Origin: Candidatus Micrarchaeota archaeon
Lineage (GTDB): Archaea > Iainarchaeota > Iainarchaeia > JAADDC01
Direction of reading: 5' to 3'
NCBI GenBank assembly: GCA_027046625.1
Contig: JALTXX010000016.1
Span: 32,001 to 96,000, forward strand
Length of the DNA stretch: 64,000 bases
Part shown: positions 56,097 to 64,000 of the stretch, in pieces
Layout of the letters: each line of letters opens with the position of its first letter
How positions within the stretch are numbered: position 1 is the first letter of the stretch
Translations under genes and position numbers: made by a program
The notes under the pieces: model-generated
Databases searched by the model: none
What the model saw: the letters and a program-made list of their open reading frames with translations, nothing else
What the model was told of the DNA's origin: nothing

Positions 56097-59000
56097 TTAA
56101 ATAGCTCCTTGAGGACTCTCAACTGTGATCTCTCTTTCGGCTTTTAAAGTATTTCCTTTGTCATCTATTATGGTGCATTGAATTTTATATATACCTGGCT
56201 CTTTTGGAGTGAATGTTATATTTGGAGGTGTATTAAAGCTCTTGCTTGTGAGCAGCAATTCACATACACCATCTTCACGGTATGTTCCTTCCGCCTCTTT
56301 ACAGGTTTGTAAGTCTAAAAGTTCTATCTTACGAATTTCAATAGTACCGTTTGTTACAGGAGCGCCGTACTCGCAAGATATACTAACTTTATCTCCAACG
56401 TATATGCCATCTCTTTTGGATAGTCTTATTTTGGGTTTGCTTAAGGTCTGTTGTGTACCAGACTGTTCAATCTGGGTTCTTTCAGCAATGTTTGTAATTT
56501 CGCCCCCTTGAGCAGACGGTTCTTGTGCCGCCACAACGTTTATGGTTGCTGAAATGGTTTTGCCATCCCATGAGCATTTGGCAGTATATGTGCCAGCAGA
56601 GCTGAAGCTATAGCTAAGGCTGCTTGCTCCCTCTGTTGATGTAATACTTTGATTGTTCTGTAGTATTTCTATGTTTTTGGCTCCCACACACTTAATTTCT
56701 ATTGCTGTACCTGCCTTTGTCTGTACCTCGTACTCATCCGAGGCGGTGAGAACCTGCTCCTGTCCATCCCAGGAAAGTTTCATCGTGGGTTCAGCCACCC
56801 CTGGTGAAACTTCCTGAACGGGGGCAAGGAATAGATACCTCCTCCCCTTTTCTGAGTAATCCTTTATCTTATCATATAGAACACCCCACCATCTTTCTAT
56901 GGCTGTACACGTGACATCAGGGACGAGGTTTCCAGCGTTATTTGGTGTATAATCCAGACACAAGCGTGGCTTGTCCGGAAGTGTTATAATGGCTGTTTTA
57001 CCGTCTCCAGCTATTTCTATCTTGTTATCTTTACACGTAACAGATATACCTGTATCAGTCTCAAATCGCTGGCTGCCATTATTGCACACATCGTCATAGG
57101 CAGGGAAAAGGTAATCTGATTGAGACAATGTGGCGTTGTTCTTGATGTGATCATAGGCTGTGGCTACTATATCGTACACCTGATTACCAAATGTTTTGTA
57201 CCCCTTTATCCTGAGCGATTCTCCCCTCTTTTCAAAGGCGCTTAAATCCAAAAAGTATCCATCCGCCGGATTTGCTGTAACAGCTAAGGTGTTATCCCCA
57301 ACCTTAAGTGATATTTGTTTGTTGTTTGTAGGACAGTAAATCTCCAAGCCTATTAGCTTGTCAACCTCAACTGTAAACGCTTTATCCATGATTTTATCTT
57401 CCCACTTTACAACACATTCGTTGGGATTGATTCCAACATTCCCAAACTTCAAAATGTAGTGTTTGTCGTTTCTGCTAATGTGAAAGACCACCTTTTCCCT
57501 TAGACTGTTTAGTACATCGTCGATGTTTGGTTCTCCCTTGCAGATATTTGTAAGCACCACCTTAGGATCTGATATGTACACTCCTTGCAACGCACTTATC
57601 TTAACAGCCTTTTCTGTATCTGGTTCTACCCTCTCTATACAAACCTTGAGGAGCTTCTCCTTCTCTAGAGGAGCCTCCGCAAGTGTTATATTAAATGTTT
57701 TGAGTTGTATCATCAAATCCTTGCTTATATCAACGTCTGTCATATAAAGTTCGATTTTACCCTCTTCTGGGATTATTTCAATCCTATTATCCAACTTGGC
57801 TCCTGGAACCTCTATCATAATTGGTAGATCTAGTATGTATGTGGGAGAAATACTTAGTACCACTTTTAGTTTGTCTTCCTTTGCCTCTATACTGTCTGTT
57901 TTTATGCTGATATTTGGAGAGGATATCTTCACCCTTTTGCTCGTCTCAAAGAGGGTGGTAGACCCGTACTTTACCCTAACTGTTACATCGATGGACTGGG
58001 TCTTTATAGAGCCTTCCTCTGCTACAGGAACAAACCTATATATGCTGCAACCATCCTTTTCGCCCATTTCTTTTATCATCTCAACCCTTATATCACCAGC
58101 ATCAGGAATTACTTCTACTGATAGCTTAGGAGGTACGCAAACATTAAGCTGGTTTGTATTGGTGGTTATTTCCACCGCGTCCTTCACATTGTACTTTCTG
58201 TAGGTTCTTTCCCATCCTTTGTAGAATGGCGCCTCTACAGAGATTTTGAGGGAGGAGCAACCCCTTAAATCCAAGGAAAAGTTAACCTTTCTGCCTTCCT
58301 TCTCCTCATTTGCGCACCCAGATACCTTTACAATAGGTGTGATACCTTCTTCTACCCCCTTTACCTCAATGTTAACCGTTGTGTCTCCAGTAGGCAAAAA
58401 CCTGCCCTCAATGTTGGGGTTAATGTCTACAACAGGGGAAAGTGTTTTTAGATCCGCAACTACACCGAAGGATCCAACGTCAAGGGTATCCCAACGCTTA
58501 TCTTTTTCTCCTTTCACCTTTAGGAGGAATGCAACCTCATCTCCCTCTTCAATGATGCTCCTTAGCTTCTTTATGAGAGAAGCACTGCTTATTATATTGC
58601 CTTTATTTATTCTTCCACTCATTAACTCTACACTGCCTTTGCCTCCTTGGGCAATGAGCTTGAACTCTCCAGCTGCGGGGGCAAATCCTTCTTTCCTAAG
58701 GAGGAGGGCTAGATCAACCTTGTACCTTTCTATATCCCAGATATCTATTACATCAACTGTCTCATCTTTGTAGAACAACCCAAAAGAATAGCATATTCTT
58801 CCATCTTCTGTGCATTTGAGCTCCTCCCCCACTGGGAATAGGTATCTTTTATCGCCAACGGACAAAGATACAAAGAAGGCATCCTCCTTTACGCGGAATT
58901 TTATGTACATCGTCTTCACGGCTGGTCCATCTTTGAGAGAAAATGCAACCCCATCCTCTGATACCTCCCCGCTTGGGAAGGACGATATCGCCTTTGCATT

Positions 59001-60854
59001 CTCTAAACCAATGAAAAATTGTGCCTCTTTCTCATACCCTACCCTTATTACTGCCCAGTATTCCTCTCCCTCTTTTAAGGAACCTACAGGAGATCCATCC
59101 TTTTTGATCTCTACCAGCTCTATTCCTTCCTTAAATTCTAGCTCCAAGGTAATGTCTTCCGCACCATTTGGAGGGACTGTTACAGCCTCAAAGTAATACT
59201 TTTTACCTTCGTACTCCACTATTGGTATTATTTCCACATTCCCAGGTACCTCCACAGCAGTAGGACCAAGGAAGGAGGACTCTCCCTCCCATATCACCTT
59301 ACCTCTATACAGTATGGACACCTTTGCCTCTACCGGGATGTTATCCCTTGTTACAGTTATGTTTAGTGTGCCTTTGTTGGGAACAAAGGTAACAGTGATC
59401 TCTTTCTCTTTCTTTTCCCCTACCTCTATTACGTTTTCGTATAGTACCGATCCCTTATACTCCACAACTACATCATACTCCCCCACGGGAACAGATTTTA
59501 TTATAGCTATGCCATCAGCGTTCGTTTTTGCCTCTAAGCCAAGATACTGCTCTCCCTTTGTAAGATAAACAATAGCATTTCTTATGGGTGTGCCATCAAA
59601 CAGCCTCACTGCAACCTTTACATCCCCACTTTTAACCACCTTCTTCAAGGTAACGGTTTTATCTCCCTCCGCAACACAGAACTCCACCTTTTTGGGAGTG
59701 TACTCCTCCTTTGTAATGTTGAGAACCCCGCATCCTGTGAGGGAAAGGGTGAAGGTTGCAACCCCATCCTCTGTACTTTTTGAAAGCTTCACGCTATCCA
59801 GCTCAAGTCTCACGTTGGCTCCACTAAGAGGGTTTCCTTCCTCATCCTTCACATAAACCTTAAAACTGTATTCTATGGTAGGGATCTCCACCGATATATT
59901 CCACTCGTTGCTATTCTTTTTTACTTCAAAGATGGAACCATCTTTTACTTCCACGGCAGAAAGCTTGCCCTCCCAGAATATTTCCGCAGAGAATACCTTA
60001 TACTTTCCTGGAGGAAGTCTTATCTTTTTTATACCACCATTTACTACCACTTTTATGCCGTTTCCAGGAGAAGACACAAGTCCGATGGTTACTATACCAT
60101 TGAGCAATTCTCCCTCTCCAGTATAAAGTCTTATGGTAACAGGAATCTCCTCTGCCTCAACTCCCTTTAGAGAGGAGGACGGCTTTTCAAATCTAAGCAC
60201 CACAGAGGAGGGTAACTTCTCAAAGGAGTAGGAAGCAACCTTATTTCCAAGGGTTTTGTGCATCGCCTTAAAGGTTATCCTATCTCCCTTACCAGCTTTT
60301 ATACACTCCTCCTTTGTGGGGGAGAAACAAAGATTGAAGGAGCTTCCATCCTGGGAGAATACCTCATTTCCATTTACTAGTACCTTTAAGGTTGCCTTGA
60401 TAGGTGTTCCGGCGCTTAGATCCCTTATTAGCACCTCTACGGTCTTTTCCTCAGGTTTTAGAACAATGGCGAACCCACCATCCACCTCATCTAACCTAAC
60501 GGCCTTGTACCCCTCCAACTCCACCTTTAGTATTCTTGCCTCTTCAGGAAGCGTCACTCTGCCATCCTCTGCAAGGAACTCCAGCCTTTCTCCGTCCACC
60601 TCTGCGATGACCCTTACGTTGGAGAGTGGCTTGCCTTCTGTGTCTACAAAACTATATACTACATACTTTGGTGCAAAGAATGCCTGAAATATGCCAGCTG
60701 AAATCAAAAGAACAAGTATACCACTTACCAGATAAAAGGTGTTTATCCCTCTTGCCTCTAGTGGTCCAATAATTTTGTCCATAGGGATGCCAAGCTCTAC
60801 CAGCCTATCGAGAAACCCGTAATACATATCTTCAAGCCTTTCTAATATACTCAT
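56097..60854 (-). CDS. Giant membrane-anchored surface protein with tandem Ig/carboxypeptidase-regulatory-like beta-sandwich domains
   Basis: About 1585 aa from MSILERLED; single N-terminal TM; repeats such as VKDEEGNPLSGANV and TNADGIA...VPVGEY; Cys-paired C-terminal modules. Confidence 0.85.
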   Translation of the reverse strand: MSILERLEDMYYGFLDRLVELGIPMDKIIGPLEARGINTFYLVSGILVLLISAGIFQAFFAPKYVVYSFVDTEGKPLSNVRVIAEVDGERLEFLAEDGRVTLPEEARILKVELEGYKAVRLDEVDGGFAIVLKPEEKTVEVLIRDLSAGTPIKATLKVLVNGNEVFSQDGSSFNLCFSPTKEECIKAGKGDRITFKAMHKTLGNKVASYSFEKLPSSVVLRFEKPSSSLKGVEAEEIPVTIRLYTGEGELLNGIVTIGLVSSPGNGIKVVVNGGIKKIRLPPGKYKVFSAEIFWEGKLSAVEVKDGSIFEVKKNSNEWNISVEIPTIEYSFKVYVKDEEGNPLSGANVRLELDSVKLSKSTEDGVATFTLSLTGCGVLNITKEEYTPKKVEFCVAEGDKTVTLKKVVKSGDVKVAVRLFDGTPIRNAIVYLTKGEQYLGLEAKTNADGIAIIKSVPVGEYDVVVEYKGSVLYENVIEVGEKKEKEITVTFVPNKGTLNITVTRDNIPVEAKVSILYRGKVIWEGESSFLGPTAVEVPGNVEIIPIVEYEGKKYYFEAVTVPPNGAEDITLELEFKEGIELVEIKKDGSPVGSLKEGEEYWAVIRVGYEKEAQFFIGLENAKAISSFPSGEVSEDGVAFSLKDGPAVKTMYIKFRVKEDAFFVSLSVGDKRYLFPVGEELKCTEDGRICYSFGLFYKDETVDVIDIWDIERYKVDLALLLRKEGFAPAAGEFKLIAQGGKGSVELMSGRINKGNIISSASLIKKLRSIIEEGDEVAFLLKVKGEKDKRWDTLDVGSFGVVADLKTLSPVVDINPNIEGRFLPTGDTTVNIEVKGVEEGITPIVKVSGCANEEKEGRKVNFSLDLRGCSSLKISVEAPFYKGWERTYRKYNVKDAVEITTNTNQLNVCVPPKLSVEVIPDAGDIRVEMIKEMGEKDGCSIYRFVPVAEEGSIKTQSIDVTVRVKYGSTTLFETSKRVKISSPNISIKTDSIEAKEDKLKVVLSISPTYILDLPIMIEVPGAKLDNRIEIIPEEGKIELYMTDVDISKDLMIQLKTFNITLAEAPLEKEKLLKVCIERVEPDTEKAVKISALQGVYISDPKVVLTNICKGEPNIDDVLNSLREKVVFHISRNDKHYILKFGNVGINPNECVVKWEDKIMDKAFTVEVDKLIGLEIYCPTNNKQISLKVGDNTLAVTANPADGYFLDLSAFEKRGESLRIKGYKTFGNQVYDIVATAYDHIKNNATLSQSDYLFPAYDDVCNNGSQRFETDTGISVTCKDNKIEIAGDGKTAIITLPDKPRLCLDYTPNNAGNLVPDVTCTAIERWWGVLYDKIKDYSEKGRRYLFLAPVQEVSPGVAEPTMKLSWDGQEQVLTASDEYEVQTKAGTAIEIKCVGAKNIEILQNNQSITSTEGASSLSYSFSSAGTYTAKCSWDGKTISATINVVAAQEPSAQGGEITNIAERTQIEQSGTQQTLSKPKIRLSKRDGIYVGDKVSISCEYGAPVTNGTIEIRKIELLDLQTCKEAEGTYREDGVCELLLTSKSFNTPPNITFTPKEPGIYKIQCTIIDDKGNTLKAEREITVESPQGAI

Positions 60855-60888
60855 CCGAATAAATATGTTGCCAGAATATAAAATACTT

Positions 60889-60941
60889 GCGATGATGAAT
60901 GATCGGGCAGACCGATGGATGAGGAGAGGAGGTGGCTGAGC
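60889..60941 (+). ncRNA. Box C/D guide sRNA overlapping the start of the geranylgeranyl reductase-family gene
   Basis: GCG-ATGATGA - ATGATCGGGCAGA - CCGA - TGGATGA - GGAGAGGAGGTGG - CTGA - GC; same ends as the 42787 sRNA. Confidence 0.72.
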
Positions 60942-61963
60942 TGATAACCATTGTTGGAGGTGCATTTGGAGCCTATCTTGGAAAGATGCTTTCCTCTGAG
61001 GGAGAAAAAGTGATTCTCTATGAAAAGCAAAGGAATAGACATGTTATATGTGGAGGACTGGTTAATAGAAAAAGTATCAGAAGATTTGGGCTAAAGAATT
61101 ACGTTATAAACTGGGTAGACGGTGCGATAGTAACTGCAGGAGAAGAGGAGCTTGAGATAAACAAGAAACGTGTTGCAGGAGTGTTAGATAGGGATGCTAT
61201 GTTTAGGGGAATCCTAGAGGAGGCGGAGGCAGCAGGGGTATCGGTTATGTATAAAACATGGAGAGGGGAGAGAGGTGGGGTGTTGGTAGGAGCAGATGGT
61301 GCCGCCTCCTCCTTGAGGAAAGAGGTTACAGATAGGAGGGTAAACTACATTCTTGCTGTTCAGGCAAGAACGGAGTATGACAGTGATAAGGTTAGGGTGG
61401 ACTTTGGCCCCTGGAGCCCTTCTTTCTTTGGGTGGATTATCCCTCTTGGGGATGGAACCTCCCATATAGGGGTTGGCATCCCTCCTTCCGAAGGAAGAGG
61501 ATGGAAAAAATACCTGAACATGTATGCGTCTTTTCTTCAGCTCTCATACTGGAACCCCGAGGCAAGGATCATCCCCATTTCCCCACCCCTTTGGACAGTC
61601 AAGAGGAGGAATGTATATCTCCTCGGAGACGCCGCAGTTCAAACAAAGGCCACAACGGGGGGAGGAATAACCTATGGATTGAGTGCAGCCCACCTTTTAG
61701 CACGAGATATACTCAATGGGGAAGACTACAACATCCTTCACAGGAGATATATCTATCCTCGCCTTCTCCTACACTGGTTCATACATAAGATCCTCTATTC
61801 CCTCCCTCTACCTCTTCTTTTGAGATGGATAAAGGAAAACTACCTAAGTGTTCTATCCACTGCTGACATGGACGACCCCTTCACCATAATGCATCCAAAA
61901 CTCCTCACATTCATCCCCCAAACCTTCTTTCACGCCTTGAATACTCTTCTAAGACCTTCCTAA
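60932..61963 (+). CDS. Geranylgeranyl reductase-family FAD oxidoreductase
   Basis: CGG, DR, VGADG..S..R, GWIIP and GDAA...K..TGGGI motifs. Confidence 0.85.
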   Translation: MAELITIVGGAFGAYLGKMLSSEGEKVILYEKQRNRHVICGGLVNRKSIRRFGLKNYVINWVDGAIVTAGEEELEINKKRVAGVLDRDAMFRGILEEAEAAGVSVMYKTWRGERGGVLVGADGAASSLRKEVTDRRVNYILAVQARTEYDSDKVRVDFGPWSPSFFGWIIPLGDGTSHIGVGIPPSEGRGWKKYLNMYASFLQLSYWNPEARIIPISPPLWTVKRRNVYLLGDAAVQTKATTGGGITYGLSAAHLLARDILNGEDYNILHRRYIYPRLLLHWFIHKILYSLPLPLLLRWIKENYLSVLSTADMDDPFTIMHPKLLTFIPQTFFHALNTLLRPS

Positions 61964-62567
61964 AATCATCTATTTCCATTTCTGGCCATAATTTTGGATA
62001 GAAAATGAGCTCTGCGTATGATGCCTGTAGAGGGATAAACCCACTCAACCTCATCTCACCCGAGGTTCTGAGTATAAGGTCAGGATCGGGAAACTCAGGC
62101 AGGTAAAACCCCCTCCTAAACTCCTCATAGTTGTTTCCCTTGAACATTTTAGCCGCTCTTACAACCTCTTCTGTGGGAGAATACCCTACAAGAAGCCCCA
62201 CAACAGGTTCATTACCTTCTGTAACTTCTTCCACCTTCCCCATAAGGGATTGTATATCCCTTGGAAGAAGATCCAATCTTCCTCCAAACCGTATAGCTAC
62301 ATCTTCTCCCCTTTCTACAACTTTCCTCAGTTCCCTTCTTAGGAGCCCAAAGAGCAGGTTTAGCTCTGCTTTGCTTCTGTTTTTCAGGTTTTCTAGGGAA
62401 AGTGTATAGAAGTAAACGTATTTTATGTTTGTTTCCTCCTTTAGGAATCTTATTGCCAGCTTAGCCTTTTCCACACCCTTAGAATAAGCCTCTGCCAAAC
62501 TTATACCAACCTTCTTGGCGTACCTCCTATTTCCATCTGGTATAATACCTACACAGAGGGGTTCCAC
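61911..62567 (-). CDS. uppS: cis-Prenyltransferase (undecaprenyl/dolichyl diphosphate synthase)
   Basis: IPDGNRRYA, LSLEN, RTSGE.RLS.F and RRFGG motifs. Confidence 0.94.
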   Translation of the reverse strand: MEPLCVGIIPDGNRRYAKKVGISLAEAYSKGVEKAKLAIRFLKEETNIKYVYFYTLSLENLKNRSKAELNLLFGLLRRELRKVVERGEDVAIRFGGRLDLLPRDIQSLMGKVEEVTEGNEPVVGLLVGYSPTEEVVRAAKMFKGNNYEEFRRGFYLPEFPDPDLILRTSGEMRLSGFIPLQASYAELIFYPKLWPEMEIDDFRKVLEEYSRRERRFGG

Positions 62568-62621
62568 GTTTCTCCTATTATGGGAAATGCCTATAAAGAA
62601 GGACCGCCATTATACCTCACG

Positions 62622-64000
62622 ATGGGCATAAGAAAATTGAAGCGCGCATTAAGGAAGGTGCGCCACATACTATACGAAGAGGAGCTGCCAGCCCCTCCAA
62701 GGGTTTCTCCCCCTCCAGCTATGGAAGAAGAGGAGCTGGAAGATACTATCCCGCCAGAAATAGAGGAGCCAACCCCTACTGTTCCCTCTGTAGAGGATAA
62801 TGAAGATATGGATGAGGATGTTTCCTCTCTCTTGGTAGAGGAGATAGTGCCTACCCTTGAAAATGTAAAGGATGTGGTGACTGAAATAGTATCCCTTCCT
62901 GAAGACCTTCCTACGGAGATGAGTGTGGAGTGGAAACCTCCATCCTTTTCCAACGTAAATGAAGTGTACCCTCTCATTCCTCCCCATGCAAAGGCCCATA
63001 TATTCTGGTCGGAGCAGGACAAGAAACTTCTCTACCATGTGGAAGAGCCAGTCTTAACCCTCAGGGAAAGGGAGGATCTGGAGCGCATCAAATCCCTCCT
63101 TACAGATTTGGTGGATATTGGTGTATTTGAGGTAAAGGATTCAACCAAGCTGGAAATGTACATCTCAAAGAAGTTTGATGAGGTTGTAAGAGATTATGGT
63201 TTTTCTTTCTCTACCTTGCAGTATGAAAAAATAAAGTATTACGTGCTTAGAGACTTTGTGGGTCTTGAAAGGATAGAACCTCTTATGAGAGATCCAAACT
63301 TGGAGGATATTTCCTGCATCGGTCCTGGAGTCCCAATCTATGTATATCATCGAAAGTACGGCTCTTTACAGACCAATGTGATGTTTAAGACTAACGAGGA
63401 ACTTAACAGATTCATTGTAAAGCTTGCCCAACTCGTGGGGAAGCATGTCTCTGTTAGCAAGCCCCTTCTCCAAGGAGCTCTACCTGATGGCAGCAGGGTA
63501 CAGGCTACCTACGTAGTTACAGGAGATATTTCTACCAAGGGATCCAACTTTACTATAAGAAAGTTCACAAAAGATCCGCTAACTGTTACCGATCTTGTAC
63601 AAAATGGTACCCTCACACCTCTCCTTGCAGCATACCTGTGGATAGCGGTTGAATACCGATCTTCCATGCTAGTAGCGGGAGGAACTGCCACTGGAAAAAC
63701 AACTATGCTAAATGTTATCTCCATGTTTATCCCACCTGAGGCAAAGGTAGTTTCTATAGAAGATACACCAGAGCTTAGACTACCCCATGAAAACTGGGTA
63801 CAAAAAATTGCAAGAGAGGATAGAGAGGAAGGTACAGTGGATCTGTTCGATCTACTTAAGGCGGCCCTCAGAGAGAGGCCAGAATACATTATAGTGGGTG
63901 AGGTGAGAGGAAGAGAGACCTACGTTCTATTCCAAGGTATGGCCACTGGACACCCGGGTTTTGCTACTATCCACGCTGAGAATATGAAAACTCTAGTGGA
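62622..64000 (+). CDS. Type IV pilus/archaellum assembly ATPase (PilB/ArlI-like), partial; runs off the window end
   Basis: Not in the ORF track. Manual reading from ATG 62622 gives an acidic Pro-rich N-terminus, EDISC, GSRVQA, FTIRKF, Walker A GGTATGKTT, IEDTPEL, ALRERPEYIIVGEVRG and ATGH...TIHA. Confidence 0.92.
   Translation, partial: MGIRKLKRALRKVRHILYEEELPAPPRVSPPPAMEEEELEDTIPPEIEEPTPTVPSVEDNEDMDEDVSSLLVEEIVPTLENVKDVVTEIVSLPEDLPTEMSVEWKPPSFSNVNEVYPLIPPHAKAHIFWSEQDKKLLYHVEEPVLTLREREDLERIKSLLTDLVDIGVFEVKDSTKLEMYISKKFDEVVRDYGFSFSTLQYEKIKYYVLRDFVGLERIEPLMRDPNLEDISCIGPGVPIYVYHRKYGSLQTNVMFKTNEELNRFIVKLAQLVGKHVSVSKPLLQGALPDGSRVQATYVVTGDISTKGSNFTIRKFTKDPLTVTDLVQNGTLTPLLAAYLWIAVEYRSSMLVAGGTATGKTTMLNVISMFIPPEAKVVSIEDTPELRLPHENWVQKIAREDREEGTVDLFDLLKAALRERPEYIIVGEVRGRETYVLFQGMATGHPGFATIHAENMKTLV

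Noticed and set aside
56209-60687. Series of plus-strand ORFs opposite the giant surface protein, and similar shadow ORFs throughout the window
   Set aside because: Ser/Phe/Thr-rich antisense shadows of real genes with no recognisable motifs

Overview
Very gene-dense archaeal chromosome segment. The archaeal-type L3/L4/L10e, topoisomerase VI, LonB, AglB, Taw3, Trm1 and AGOG, the mostly leaderless genes, the overlapping convergent gene ends and a giant surface protein suggest a streamlined, probably thermophilic DPANN-type archaeon (inference). Most of the window is housekeeping: translation and ribosome biogenesis, tRNA modification, ScpAB, and six tRNAs (Val-TAC, Ser-CGA, His-GTG, Arg-CCT, Arg-TCT, Glu-CTC). 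Signals the ORF track misses are as follows. (1) Three canonical box C/D guide RNAs, two with guides matching the 23S peptidyl-transferase centre. (2) A fourth, non-canonical dual-guide RNA fused to the 5' end of tRNA-Val; it is antisense to two 23S PTC segments, but its C/D-like boxes lack K-turn GA pairs. (3) A tRNA-Ser-adjacent variable locus with two type IV pilin-like genes carrying an inserted C-type lectin domain, duplicated poly(T)-containing promoters, interleaved toxin-antitoxin genes and the 3' relic of a third paralog, near a pilin-like LVIVD beta-propeller gene with shuffled DNA repeats. (4) A malic enzyme gene broken by a 2-nt insertion, a subtilase-like relic behind tRNA-Glu, and repeated bidirectional promoters built on a single TATA box. 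No CRISPR array, integrase, transposase or reverse transcriptase was seen. All family calls come from motif recognition, not database searches.
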